Position numbers and translations under genes: made by a program. 64,000 nucleotides of DNA from Methanobacteriota archaeon (GTDB lineage Archaea; Thermoplasmatota; Poseidoniia; Poseidoniales; Poseidoniaceae): NCBI GenBank assembly GCA_018691345.1, contig JABGTJ010000039.1, positions 33,074 to 97,073 of the forward strand, written 5' to 3'. Positions 43,485 through 54,258 of the stretch are shown piece by piece. Numbering within the stretch: position 1 is the first letter of the stretch; each line of letters begins with the position of its first letter. The notes under the pieces are model-generated. The model worked only from the letters and a program-made list of their open reading frames with translations, made no database searches and was not told where the DNA came from.

Positions 43485-46400
43485 TCAAACTGTTTCTTCT
43501 TCGATGTCAGCCGGTTCGGCTGTTTCCTGTTCTTCTGCTTCAGCGGCTTTTACTGCAAGAGCGACCTCTGCATATTCTTCGATGTCTTCGGTCATCTCAA
43601 CCGTCCGTTCTGTGAGTGCCTCAAGTCCGGAAGGAGCAACAACTTCAGGATGGACATCAGGCATGTGATTGAGCAGTCCACCAAGGCTCGTCGGTGTTGC
43701 TAAAGGTTCGGGAACAATTGGCATTTCATGAGACGCAGCAGATGCTTCTTCAATTCGCGAGTGATTTTTGTCGTTGTCTTTTTCTGCCTCGGCAAGAGCT
43801 TTCTCGCCCAGAGCAATCGCCTTTTCGCGGTCAAAGTCAACGATACGACGGCTGCATCCGTCTCCACCGTGCGTGATTCCGATGTGATGGTCAGCAAGTC
43901 GGAGCGAAACCTTGCGCAATGTGACCATAATGAATTGTGCACGCTTACTGCGTTCTCGACACATCAATGCAATACGCTCTGCGTTGTAACCATCAAGATT
44001 CTGGTCAACTTCATCGAAGTAGTAGAACGGACTTGGGTCGTAATCTTGAATGGCAAAGATAAGCGCCAATGCTGCCATGGATTGCTCTCCACCGGACAAC
44101 TGATGCCGAGTGACCTTGGCTGACTTTCCACGAGGTTGAGCCCACAATTCGAGCCCCCCTTTGAACGGTTCATCCTCATTTTCGAGGAATAATTCTCCAC
44201 GCCCTCCATCGCTCAATGACTTGTAAGCGACTTTGAAGTTCTCGTTGACCTTTTCCAAAACCTTGACCAAACGTTCCTTGCGTTGTTCTTCGAGTTTTTC
44301 TGTGACGTCAATGAGGTGCTTGCGGCGATGTTGTAAGACCTTGAAATCACCCTTCATTTCAGCCAGCCTTGCTTCACAAGCATCGAACTGCTCAATTGCG
44401 AGCATGTTAACAGGGCCATGGGAGTCAAGTCGGCGTTGAAGCGTGCGTTCATTTCGTTCTGCATCCCCTACGCTTGGCAGAGATACGCCTTCAGCCGCAG
44501 GTTCGATGTTGCTCTGAGACATCTCGAGTTGGGTTTCTCGAATCGAGTCGTCTTTGAGGTTGAGTGCTCGCCCCATTTCTTCGACCATTCCACGCCGAGA
44601 GCGTGCGTCAAGTGCCTTTTGTTGGAGTTTAACTTGAAGGCTGGTGCGCTCTTCGATGAGTTCCAGTCGTTCATCTTCAAGGCCTTGATTCTCTTCAAGG
44701 TATTGAGAGCGTTCCTCCTCTTTCGCTCTGAGCTCTATAGAGTCGGATGCAACGCCTGCTTGGAGGGTGTCAATTCGCTCACTGCGAGTGATTGCATTCT
44801 CATTGAGCAAGTGAATTCGTTTTTGGATTTCATCAACTCGCTTTTCCAATAGTGATTGATGGTTCGCATCGCCATTCAGTGAAATTTGAGCTTGAGCCTT
44901 CGTACTTTCGGCCTCAATACGCTTTACCTTTGCAGCATGTAAACGATCTTTAAGATGGACTGGACTCGCTTCTTCCAGTTGGTTTTGAGCTTCAGTACGA
45001 ACTTCGTTCATGGAAGCAAGATGTTGTTGCGCTCCATCAAGTTCACGCAGTTTACCTGAGCCTTCGAGGCGTAGTTCACCGAGTCGCTTCTCGAGTCCAG
45101 CAACATTGCCCAATGCAGAAATGTGATTGGCTTTCACTTGCTTATGTTCCGCTCGCCATTCTTGGAAGCGAACTGCATGCTCGCCATCGGTAAGGGCATT
45201 GATTTTGCTGCGGAGTTCAGATTGTGTTCGACGTGCATCAGCAAGTGCGCCATTAACGGTGTCTGCCATGAGACGGTACCGTTCCACGTCAGCGGATAGG
45301 GCCTCGACTTCACTGGCGCCCTGTATGTTTCCACCGAAAGCAACCATTGACCTTCTCTTTGAACCACCAACCATTGCACCACCGGCTTCGGTCACATCGC
45401 CACGCAGAGTGACCAAGCGAACACCGCCCATGTTTGCACGGGCTGTCGACATACTATCGACAATCAAGGTATTGCGAAGTACGAAGCGTACGGCGACATC
45501 TATTCGTGGGTCATAGTCCAATAACTCACTGGCAAACCCGACGACACCTGGTTTACGAGAAACCATCAGCGCCTTACCCGCAGCACGCGATTGAGTGAGT
45601 TTGTTTAACGGCAAGAATGTGGCACGGCCTGCCTTGTTTTGCGACAACCATTGGATAGCCCGTGCTGCATCTTCATCGCTGTCCACGACAACGGACGTCA
45701 TGCCGCCGCCGACGGCTGTAGCAAGGGCATCGGTATGAGCAGGATCTCTAGGCTGACACAGTTCTGCCACCGTACCAATCACGCCGCGTAATTCTCCACG
45801 GTCACGTGCAGCAATAATGGCAGCAGCGCCACCAGCCATTCCCTTGGCTCCACTCTTGTTTTCCAATTCGTTCCTAGCAGTGTTGAGTCGACGCTCTGTA
45901 TCTCGCAATCGATTTTCAATCGATTGGGATTCTTCAGCCAGTTTCACTTCTGAGCGTTGTGCTGTGAATAATTCTTCAGCGAGTTGTTTTCGATTCTGGT
46001 CCGGTGCGTTAGCACCGAGTTCTTCACCTGTGAGTTGGGATTCGCCTAAAGCAAGGCGAGCGGTTTCCGCGGCTTCTTGGGCGGTTGAGATTTGCTCATC
46101 CAACATCTCTGCTTGAGTTGCGACTCGATTTACTTCCTCTTGAGCGGTGTTAAGGGCAGCAGCAGCTGCTTCAGTGTCTACAATCGCTTTCGAGAGAGCA
46201 CGCGAGAGTTCAGCGTTTGCCGTACCGGATGATTCAAGCAACACTTGCACCTCAGATTCTTCTTTCTTGGCTTCGATAAGTGCCTTCTCAGATTCTTCTA
46301 AATCAATTCGGGCATTCGCTAAACCAAGCTTGAATTCTTCAAGTGAATCAATTGCTGTTTGCAGGGATTCTGCTAATTCCACCAATTCTATTTTGTCCTC

Positions 46401-47387
46401 GATATCCTTTTCTTCAGCCTCATCAATTCGGTCACCACTGGTGGCTATTCGAATCTGAAGTTGGCTAATTGCGGCAAGCAAACCGTTCGAGTCTCCTCCC
46501 ATGAGGTCCTCAATTTGCTTCTGCAATACCCCGATTTGGTCTTCCAATCCGAGTAAAACTTGGGCGCCTTGCTTCACGTCTGCTTCCATCTGTGCAGCTT
46601 CGGCCTCAATACGAGAACGTTCCTCAACCATGTAGGTGCGTTCAGAAATCTGACTTGCTAACTTGGATTGTGCAGATACGATACGAGCGGTTTGAAGTTC
46701 CTTAACAAGGTCTTGGACCTTGAGTGCGAGGTTCTTTTCCTTGGTCAAATCTCGTAGTCGGACTTTTTGTTCTTCCTCCAGGAGCCCAATGCGTTCGATA
46801 TAGCCCTCGACCATTTCCTTTTGCCGTTCTGCCTTTCGTATTTCATCATCATATGAAGTGACGCCAGCGACGCCATCCAAGACCTTACGGCGCTCTTTTG
46901 CAGTCATTTTGGCGAGTTTAGTAACGTCACCTTGCAAAACAATATTGTAACCGTCTGGACGTGCATTTGCGGCACCAAGTAATCTGTGGAATGTTTTTTG
47001 GCTGCTCTCCTCTCCATCAAGTAAGTAGTTGGTTACAATGTTGTTCGCCTTGGTAAGGCGCACGGCACGTGTCATTCGAACTTCGTCTTGTTCGATGGGT
47101 AGTCTACGACGTCCGTTTGTGAGCATTGGGTTCGCAAAAACGAGTGTGACTTCACACGATCGAGCGGGTTTGGAGTTTTTACCGCCATTGAAAATAAGAT
47201 CCTTGGCGTTTTGAGCTCGAATCACCTTATTGCTTCGTGGACCAAGAACGAATTGAATGGCATCGCCACAATTCGATTTACCAGAACCGTTCGGCCCGGT
47301 GATTGCTGTGAACCCTCGGTCAAGTGGGACGGTAATTTCACCTTTGAACGATTTGAAGTTTGAAATTTCCAGTGCTTGAAGATACAT
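43485..47387 (-). CDS. smc: Chromosome segregation protein SMC
   Basis: NFKSF, GPNGSGKSN, hinge GRATFLPL and GGAMVGGS, LSGGE signature, FDEVD. Start at MYLQ with a GGAGG RBS. Confidence 0.97.
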   Translation of the reverse strand: MYLQALEISNFKSFKGEITVPLDRGFTAITGPNGSGKSNCGDAIQFVLGPRSNKVIRAQNAKDLIFNGGKNSKPARSCEVTLVFANPMLTNGRRRLPIEQDEVRMTRAVRLTKANNIVTNYLLDGEESSQKTFHRLLGAANARPDGYNIVLQGDVTKLAKMTAKERRKVLDGVAGVTSYDDEIRKAERQKEMVEGYIERIGLLEEEQKVRLRDLTKEKNLALKVQDLVKELQTARIVSAQSKLASQISERTYMVEERSRIEAEAAQMEADVKQGAQVLLGLEDQIGVLQKQIEDLMGGDSNGLLAAISQLQIRIATSGDRIDEAEEKDIEDKIELVELAESLQTAIDSLEEFKLGLANARIDLEESEKALIEAKKEESEVQVLLESSGTANAELSRALSKAIVDTEAAAAALNTAQEEVNRVATQAEMLDEQISTAQEAAETARLALGESQLTGEELGANAPDQNRKQLAEELFTAQRSEVKLAEESQSIENRLRDTERRLNTARNELENKSGAKGMAGGAAAIIAARDRGELRGVIGTVAELCQPRDPAHTDALATAVGGGMTSVVVDSDEDAARAIQWLSQNKAGRATFLPLNKLTQSRAAGKALMVSRKPGVVGFASELLDYDPRIDVAVRFVLRNTLIVDSMSTARANMGGVRLVTLRGDVTEAGGAMVGGSKRRSMVAFGGNIQGASEVEALSADVERYRLMADTVNGALADARRTQSELRSKINALTDGEHAVRFQEWRAEHKQVKANHISALGNVAGLEKRLGELRLEGSGKLRELDGAQQHLASMNEVRTEAQNQLEEASPVHLKDRLHAAKVKRIEAESTKAQAQISLNGDANHQSLLEKRVDEIQKRIHLLNENAITRSERIDTLQAGVASDSIELRAKEEERSQYLEENQGLEDERLELIEERTSLQVKLQQKALDARSRRGMVEEMGRALNLKDDSIRETQLEMSQSNIEPAAEGVSLPSVGDAERNERTLQRRLDSHGPVNMLAIEQFDACEARLAEMKGDFKVLQHRRKHLIDVTEKLEEQRKERLVKVLEKVNENFKVAYKSLSDGGRGELFLENEDEPFKGGLELWAQPRGKSAKVTRHQLSGGEQSMAALALIFAIQDYDPSPFYYFDEVDQNLDGYNAERIALMCRERSKRAQFIMVTLRKVSLRLADHHIGITHGGDGCSRRIVDFDREKAIALGEKALAEAEKDNDKNHSRIEEASAASHEMPIVPEPLATPTSLGGLLNHMPDVHPEVVAPSGLEALTERTVEMTEDIEEYAEVALAVKAAEAEEQETAEPADIEEETV

Positions 47388-47553
47388 CCCTATCCCTCCA
47401 ATCGAAGTATGTTGCCTCGACCTTATCCGCGACACCCATTCCCCACAGGTCTTAAACAATGCGAGTGATGAAGGGGCAGTCACGCGCTTTTGACTACGGT
47501 TCGTAAGCAGCCGAAGGGATCGTTTGGAGCATCAAAAAAGGTGATAAAAAGAA

Positions 47554-48333
47554 TCACAGTGTTCCGGTTTGGCCACACTTGCTGCAACCGCCACCCTTAC
47601 AATATGGGCAGGTTGCAAGTACTTTGATACTTTTTGAAGTCGTACGCCGCATGTGAAGTTGTGAATCTTTCTTCAGTAAGTTCGAACGAGCGATTCGATT
47701 TGTGGTTCCGCTTCGAGAGCCAAGCGACATTTTGACTGAGCCAAAAGTTCCCCGAAAAGTGTCTGCCAAGTCTCTTCTCTTTGTCAAACGAGTACGAGCC
47801 TGTTCAATACCCTCTGCTTCCCAATACTTTGGACCTGCCATGAGTATTGCGCCAATGACGGCGATAATGCATTGGACAATGAAAGGCGAAACTGCAAACG
47901 GAATTAACTCAGCAATTCCAACGGAACTAGCAGCACTGGGGAGAAAGTTGAGACGATCGAGGATTGCGATGCTGAAGAGCACGGCTCCCGAAGCGAAAAA
48001 GAGGTGATAACTACGCTGGCTACGGCGGCCAACTCGGGTGAATCCAACACGGCCATAAAGCAAGACGAACAAACCGAGGCAGAGAAACAGAATATCGATG
48101 CCATCCCACATTCCCGTAGCCTGAAGACAATACGATTCATCACCGTTCGCAATCTCTGCCTCAATCGTAGGAATTGCACAATGCGGTTCGAACATACGAG
48201 TAATGACCATTTTCGAATCAGGGGCGCCTTCGATGAGATAAGGTGCCATTTTACCCATTCCGGCATTCCCTATCGAAAAACCAACCAGCGAGGTCCCAAA
48301 GAGGATACCGATGATGTCACGGATACTCGCCAT
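47554..48333 (-). CDS. Hypothetical membrane protein with C-terminal Cys4 motif
   Basis: About 4 TMs, basic tail, terminal CPYCKGGGCSKCGQTG. Start taken at MASIRD. Confidence 0.65.
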   Translation of the reverse strand: MASIRDIIGILFGTSLVGFSIGNAGMGKMAPYLIEGAPDSKMVITRMFEPHCAIPTIEAEIANGDESYCLQATGMWDGIDILFLCLGLFVLLYGRVGFTRVGRRSQRSYHLFFASGAVLFSIAILDRLNFLPSAASSVGIAELIPFAVSPFIVQCIIAVIGAILMAGPKYWEAEGIEQARTRLTKRRDLADTFRGTFGSVKMSLGSRSGTTNRIARSNLLKKDSQLHMRRTTSKSIKVLATCPYCKGGGCSKCGQTGTL

Positions 48334-48423
48334 AGTACCTGTAGAAGAGGACTGGACATAGCCGTTTCGCTGCCGATGGGGTGAAATGTGGCAGCATACA
48401 CCCCACACCAAGGAGGGCTAAAT

Positions 48424-50055
48424 ATGGCGAAGATAGTCATCATCGGAAGTGGTATTGCTGGACTGTTTGCGGCTTTACGGTTGGCCGACGCGGAACATTC
48501 AGTGACCGTGGTAACCAAACAACGACCCATCGATTCATCGACCAACTGGGCCCAAGGTGGAATCGCAGCCATTCTCGACAAAACCGATGGCATAGGCTTA
48601 GAGTCTCACATTCAAGACACGCTTGCCAGTGGAGACGGCTTGTGTGACGAACGCATCGTTCGAAAAGTCATCGAAGAATCTGGTGAACGTATCCATGACT
48701 TGCTCAACATCGGAGTACGGTTTGAAACCGATGAAAACGGGGAGTTCCACTATGCAAAGGAAGGAGGGCATTCAGAACGTAGAATCCTCCATGCCAAAGA
48801 TGCGACTGGAAAGGAAATTGAGCGAGCATTGAACGATGCAGCAAGTTCTCACCGCAACATCACTCTCAAACCAAATACATTAGCCATGGACTTAATTCAA
48901 CGGGAACATCAGAACCCAGAAAAGGGAATTGCAGGCGTATGGTGCTTAGATCAAGAACGGAACTCTGTATTTACTGAGCCGGCAGATGTACTGATGCTCG
49001 CCACCGGTGGAGTCGGGCAACTCTGGTCACAAACAACCAACCCTCCGGTCGCCACGGGAGACGGCTTAGCAATGGCTTACCGAGCAGGAGCTGCGGTCAA
49101 AGATATGGCGTTCATTCAATTCCACCCGACGGCGTTAGCCATTCAATCGGACCGACCTTTCCTCATCACTGAAGCAGTTCGAGGCGAAGGCGGCGTCATT
49201 TTGGATGAGGAGGGGTTGCAATCATGGCAATCGGATGTTGAATCAACAAACGATGTGACTGCACCACTTTTGCCCCACTCTTACTCTTTCACGCTCAACC
49301 ACTCGCCTTTGGGCTCAATGGCAACTCGAGACATTGTAGCTCGAGCGATCGACCAACGGCTGAAGGAAACGGGGAAAAATCACGTCTTCCTTGTTACATC
49401 CCACATGAATCAAGAACATTTAGCCGATCATTTTCCTACGATTCAGAAACGCCTCAATCGACATGGTTTGAAATTGGGAAGAGATCCCTTGCCGGTATCT
49501 CCAGCGGCGCATTACATCGTTGGAGGACTTGCTGTTGATGAATACGGGCGCCCTTGCAGCAGAGAGACTGGAAATCCATTACCCTCATTGTATGCAATTG
49601 GCGAAGTCGCATGCACGGGAATGCATGGTGCAAACCGGTTAGCATCAAACAGCCTTCTTGAAGCAGTTGTTTACGCAGCTAGAGCGGCGAATCACATCAT
49701 TGACTCCGAACCAGAAAGCAGCGATACCCCGTTACCAGAATGGCGTGCGGATGGTCTTGAAGATCTTACTGAACACGTATCAGTGGCCAACGATAGAGAG
49801 GCTTTGACCAATACGATGTCCAGAGAAGTAGGCATCGTTCGAAGATTTAACAGACTTCACAGGGCTAAGCGCCGGTTGCAATTGCTATCAAAAGAAGTTG
49901 ATTTTATTTGGAGAAGTGCCTTGCCATCACGAGAAATAGTCGAATTACGAAACCTTATTCTCGTTGGACAATTGGTAACCGAAGACTCTCTTGCACGAAA
50001 GGAGAACCGCGGACTTCACTTCAACACAGACCTCATTGGGCGTGAAGAGCAGTAA
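48424..50055 (+). CDS. nadB: L-aspartate oxidase
   Basis: IGSGIAG, WAQGGIA, EGGHS.RRILH, QFHPT, LITEAVRGEG, AHY, HGANRLASNSLLE and ENRGLH motifs. Start MAKIV follows an AGGAGG. Confidence 0.95.
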   Translation: MAKIVIIGSGIAGLFAALRLADAEHSVTVVTKQRPIDSSTNWAQGGIAAILDKTDGIGLESHIQDTLASGDGLCDERIVRKVIEESGERIHDLLNIGVRFETDENGEFHYAKEGGHSERRILHAKDATGKEIERALNDAASSHRNITLKPNTLAMDLIQREHQNPEKGIAGVWCLDQERNSVFTEPADVLMLATGGVGQLWSQTTNPPVATGDGLAMAYRAGAAVKDMAFIQFHPTALAIQSDRPFLITEAVRGEGGVILDEEGLQSWQSDVESTNDVTAPLLPHSYSFTLNHSPLGSMATRDIVARAIDQRLKETGKNHVFLVTSHMNQEHLADHFPTIQKRLNRHGLKLGRDPLPVSPAAHYIVGGLAVDEYGRPCSRETGNPLPSLYAIGEVACTGMHGANRLASNSLLEAVVYAARAANHIIDSEPESSDTPLPEWRADGLEDLTEHVSVANDREALTNTMSREVGIVRRFNRLHRAKRRLQLLSKEVDFIWRSALPSREIVELRNLILVGQLVTEDSLARKENRGLHFNTDLIGREEQ

Positions 50056-50968
50056 TCATAGCCACCAACATTTGATTGAGCGGGGTTGCTAGACCAACTC
50101 GCTCGCCTCGTTCAACGATGGCTTGATTCAATACAGAAATCTCTGTCTTGCGACCGTTACGCAGATCCTGCAACATACTGCACATGTTGGTGGAAGTTGC
50201 CAAAAGAACTTGCCGGAGTTGCTCCTCTAATTCAGCGTCTGATGGAAGTGCTACTCGTTCTTGGCGAGCGACTGAAGCTCCCTCAAGCATGGTCGAAAAA
50301 GCCGACGAGAAAAGGTCTGGTCGTAGTAATTCACCGTTTTCGACTCCGGCTAACGCAGCAATTGGGTTGATTGCAATATTGAGTAAAACCTTCCGCCAAA
50401 CTGAGGCAACACCATCAGAGGACCACATCGGAGACAGGCCCGCTCGCTCGAGAGCATCCAGAAGCGGTTGAGCTTCTGCTTGCCCAGGGCCGCCAGGAAG
50501 CGATCCAATCACCGTTTCCCCCTTTCCTGCCCAGTGAACAGTTCCAGCAGTTGGTCTCCAAGCTCCGTGGGTTGAAGTCGCCGCAAATACACGGTGAGGC
50601 CCAAGCGAATCTTGACATTTCTCAGCGTGACCTAAGCCATTACTCAAACACAAAGCATAGCCATCTGCCGTGAGCAGTTGTCGTGCAAGAGACGCTAGAA
50701 ATGGTGTCTGCTCTGCCTTTCCAGTGAGAAATACATAGTCGATGGTGCCTATTGCAACGGGTGGTAGACCTACTTCGTCGAGCGAAAAAAAGGCATCTGC
50801 ATTCGAGATAAAATCTTCAGATTCACCTTCGAGGCGAAGGCCATCCGCTGCCATATGGGCACCATGCGTTCCTCGTCCATGGACAAACAATTCGATGCTT
50901 TCGACACGTGAGAGCAGCGCTGCGTAAAGTGAGCCAAGCGAACCTGACCCTAGAATTGCGATTCGCAT
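50033..50968 (-). CDS. panE: 2-dehydropantoate 2-reductase
   Basis: ILGSGSLG, NGLG, WRKVLLNIAINP and SMLQD...R.TE motifs. Confidence 0.9.
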   Translation of the reverse strand: MRIAILGSGSLGSLYAALLSRVESIELFVHGRGTHGAHMAADGLRLEGESEDFISNADAFFSLDEVGLPPVAIGTIDYVFLTGKAEQTPFLASLARQLLTADGYALCLSNGLGHAEKCQDSLGPHRVFAATSTHGAWRPTAGTVHWAGKGETVIGSLPGGPGQAEAQPLLDALERAGLSPMWSSDGVASVWRKVLLNIAINPIAALAGVENGELLRPDLFSSAFSTMLEGASVARQERVALPSDAELEEQLRQVLLATSTNMCSMLQDLRNGRKTEISVLNQAIVERGERVGLATPLNQMLVAMITALHAQ

Positions 50969-50977
50969 GGCAAGACC

Positions 50978-53530
50978 TCAGACGTAACTCGCGAGATGAA
51001 TAACAATTGACTCATCTTGATGTTCAAACCAAAGCGTCGAAAGAGTAGAATCAGACGGTGCGAACTCAAACGAGTTCCAACCGTTGGAAAGAGAACTTAC
51101 TGAGCGTACGGTCGTCCATTGTTCGCCGTTACCTTGGTAATTAATCTGAATAGGTATGCTTTGGTTACTCGAACTATAGAATGAAAAGTTCGCACCTTCG
51201 GATTGTAAAAGAGTACCGTTGTAGGCTGCCATCCACATGTTCGACCACATCCGATGAGAGGTGTTGTATCTTTGGAAAATCAATTCTGGCCCTTCTTCGA
51301 CTGTAAAGTTGAATTTGGCCTCCACCGATAATTGAGGAGAACAAACATGCATGCTGGCACCGTCAGACATACGTACAGAAAGCGACTGATTCACGTCTTG
51401 AACAGCCGGGATGTTCGAGATTTTCCTAACATCCAAATCCCAAATCCATTCCCCTTCAGTCGGCGTTGAAGGGATTGAAAGAGCAGGATTCAGTGGGCAG
51501 AGGGCATCGACGGAACTGAGAATACCACTGGAATTGAGTTCAAAGCCCCAGCCAAGTTCTGCACCACTGGTGATGTTCCATCCATGAGAAGGCACTACTG
51601 CAATCAATGGCAGTTCTGGCATTCCACCATCAAATGTTTCGTTGTTCAATTGAATAGTATTCAGTTCGGATGTTCGAAGAACAACCGGGTCTAAGCCTCT
51701 CAAACAGAGATGTTCAGGGGCTGAATCGTATTGGGCTTCAAGGTTATTTTGACCTTCAATCCATTGTAAACGCGATTGTATGTCCAACGACTGGTCAGCA
51801 TAAGGAAAACTCACGTTAAGTTGTTCATCGGAGAACGAAACAAGTGAAATACAGCGCTTAAGTTCACCTTCTGAAAGCACCATTTCCCATGGTGAGTCGG
51901 GATAAATCAAGAGGTCAGGATGGACAGAGACGGGATGGCTGTCGTATTCATCGTCTGCTAACGTAAGGAGCGAGAAGTTTGTAAGTGAGGGTGAATGCTC
52001 CAAATCAGTCCACGTCAAGTTGAGGACAACGGTTGTTTGAGTACGAGGAGGTAAAACACTTCCACATCCAAAACCATTGATAGTCAAATCATCTTCTCCA
52101 TCGCATTCCCATACCTTTGCCCAGTTTTCAAGCCCTTCTGCGAACTGGTCGTAATCCACCGCCCAATCCCTATTCACTGATGACGGATTGACAACGTTTA
52201 GTGAAATCTTAGCGTTCCAACGCTCATCCACCTTTTCAGCGCCGAAAAGAGCGTTCATGTCAAACACGACATCAGCATTCCAGTCGTCGTCTCTTTCAAA
52301 CGGAACTTGACTCGGAAGAGCAAACAAGATCGCCACAAGCATCACGATTCCAATGTTTTTCATGGCCGACAAATCGAGACCTTTCGGTTCATTAAGAAGA
52401 ACAGGAGAAGTACGGTCTGCGCCCATGAAGAGCAGCAAAGGCAGAATGAGCGTCAGAACAAGAATCCAAATTGTGAAACCGTTAAACGCTTCGAACATCC
52501 AAGCAAAGGCAAGAATGAGGAAGAACAAAAACATTTGATTCGAACTGCTTCGAGCCTCCATATGTCCAGAACGAGCAACCATGATTCGACCACCAGGGAA
52601 CGTTGGTATTGGGAGTAAGGAAATCCAACCAAAGAAAGTGAGCAAAGCACCGGCCTTGACAAACGGATGCGACCAAATGAGTCGAGTGAGGTAATCATCA
52701 AGCAGCCACTGACCCAGAATTTCGATGAGGAAAGGACCCTGTGGTACATTCTGCGCCTGGGTAATCGCCACATAATCAGGCGTTAACCACAAGCCGATTC
52801 CCCAAAGTGCAAGACCAAAGGAAATGAGAGCAGCTGGTACTGAAATGGCAACCCATCCCAACACCTTGCGATCTTCCCAAAGTCGAGCATCCATTCGAGG
52901 CAATGTAGGAATGAGGAAGAGTCCAAAGGGCCAAATCAGTGCAGTTTGCGAAAATAAGCCTAGACTCCACAACGAAATCGTTGGTTCGGGAAGAGGAGTA
53001 ATATGACCAATACGGTGGTTGAAATGTGACGCAGTACGCTTTTGGATGAGTGAAGCAAGAAATAATGACCCGAGTACAGGAAGGGTATACCCCACCAGTA
53101 CGTCCCAAAAAACCGAGTCAAAAAACCAGCCACCTTCTGGCCGAGAGCCTTCCATCCAGTACGCACCTGCAAGCGTCAGCGTGAGTGCAGATACCGACCA
53201 CATGATGAGAGTTAGACTTGAAGAAGGGAACGATCGTTCGGGTAGTGGAATCATTTGAATAATCCATTCATCGGAACGTGAGAGTTTAGCCGCCCACCCG
53301 AGTTTTTTGAAGTATTTATTTGCTTCAGCAAGCGATTCATCGATGTCTTTACCTTCTTTTGGAGAAACGACCCACGTCGGTAAAAAACCACCCGACATGT
53401 GTGAAGCGACGTAGAAATACCGACGTAAAACAGTTGCCAGAAGATCGTGTTGTTTCCAATCTTTACGGTGACTGACCATCGATTCAAGTGATGAATCTTT
53501 AGAAGTCAAGTCATCCGTATCACTTGGCAT
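50978..53530 (-). CDS. Site-2 protease (M50)-like membrane protein lacking catalytic motifs, with large C-terminal domain
   Basis: M50-like TM layout (LTLTLAG, HPFVKAG, LLPIPTFPGG), but no HExxH and no LDG. Confidence 0.6.
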   Translation of the reverse strand: MPSDTDDLTSKDSSLESMVSHRKDWKQHDLLATVLRRYFYVASHMSGGFLPTWVVSPKEGKDIDESLAEANKYFKKLGWAAKLSRSDEWIIQMIPLPERSFPSSSLTLIMWSVSALTLTLAGAYWMEGSRPEGGWFFDSVFWDVLVGYTLPVLGSLFLASLIQKRTASHFNHRIGHITPLPEPTISLWSLGLFSQTALIWPFGLFLIPTLPRMDARLWEDRKVLGWVAISVPAALISFGLALWGIGLWLTPDYVAITQAQNVPQGPFLIEILGQWLLDDYLTRLIWSHPFVKAGALLTFFGWISLLPIPTFPGGRIMVARSGHMEARSSSNQMFLFFLILAFAWMFEAFNGFTIWILVLTLILPLLLFMGADRTSPVLLNEPKGLDLSAMKNIGIVMLVAILFALPSQVPFERDDDWNADVVFDMNALFGAEKVDERWNAKISLNVVNPSSVNRDWAVDYDQFAEGLENWAKVWECDGEDDLTINGFGCGSVLPPRTQTTVVLNLTWTDLEHSPSLTNFSLLTLADDEYDSHPVSVHPDLLIYPDSPWEMVLSEGELKRCISLVSFSDEQLNVSFPYADQSLDIQSRLQWIEGQNNLEAQYDSAPEHLCLRGLDPVVLRTSELNTIQLNNETFDGGMPELPLIAVVPSHGWNITSGAELGWGFELNSSGILSSVDALCPLNPALSIPSTPTEGEWIWDLDVRKISNIPAVQDVNQSLSVRMSDGASMHVCSPQLSVEAKFNFTVEEGPELIFQRYNTSHRMWSNMWMAAYNGTLLQSEGANFSFYSSSNQSIPIQINYQGNGEQWTTVRSVSSLSNGWNSFEFAPSDSTLSTLWFEHQDESIVIHLASYV

Positions 53531-53604
53531 ACTTTCTCCTCAACCCTTTGTAATCCTGCTTCCCCTTTGAAGGAATCCCTCAGCCTGCTCGGCAAGAGAA
53601 AAAA

Positions 53605-54228
53605 TCACTTGTTCTTGAAACGCTTGAGACGGAAGGTTTCTTCACGTTCCATCTCTTCAAGTCGAAGTTGGATAAACACTCGTGCTTCTTCCAATTCTGG
53701 AATGACTTTGTATTCCAAAGCGTTGACACGTCGCTTCGTTGCTTCAATCTCTTGCAAGAGGCGCTTGAGTGTGGCTTCCATTTCTGATGCCTTGACAATC
53801 TTTTCAATGAGGTTGCCAAATGACTCACCCGCTTCGTCGATGTAAGGTGATGAACCAATAAATCCGACACCACGTTCTTTGAATGTGGATTTGAGGTTTG
53901 TACCGCTTACGCTTGGAACGACGACACCCATAATGTTGCGGCGCTCGACTTCAACTTCAGGATGACCGGTGTTTGCAATAGCTGCCGCACGTACAGCAAG
54001 ACCGCCCTCGATTGCGTTTGCAAGGTCGATACGCTGCTTAGCCATACGGTAAGTAGCGGTCAAGTCTCGCTTTGCTTCAATCATGTCTGAGAGCAATGAA
54101 CGGAATTCGTGGAACAAACCGTCACGCTTCATTTTCAACAATTTGTAACCGTTTCTGGTTTGCTTAATTCGCCCTTTGAGTTTAATCAACTCACTGCGGG
54201 TTGGTTTGATGTCGAGTGCCATGTTCAT
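53605..54228 (-). CDS. atpD: A/V-type ATP synthase subunit D
   Basis: PTRSEL, GYKLLKMKRD, NIMGV, TKRRVNALE and ERE..FRLK motifs. Confidence 0.96.
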   Translation of the reverse strand: MNMALDIKPTRSELIKLKGRIKQTRNGYKLLKMKRDGLFHEFRSLLSDMIEAKRDLTATYRMAKQRIDLANAIEGGLAVRAAAIANTGHPEVEVERRNIMGVVVPSVSGTNLKSTFKERGVGFIGSSPYIDEAGESFGNLIEKIVKASEMEATLKRLLQEIEATKRRVNALEYKVIPELEEARVFIQLRLEEMEREETFRLKRFKNK

Positions 54229-54258
54229 TCACCTCCTTTTCAGTTTTGACGAAGTTGT

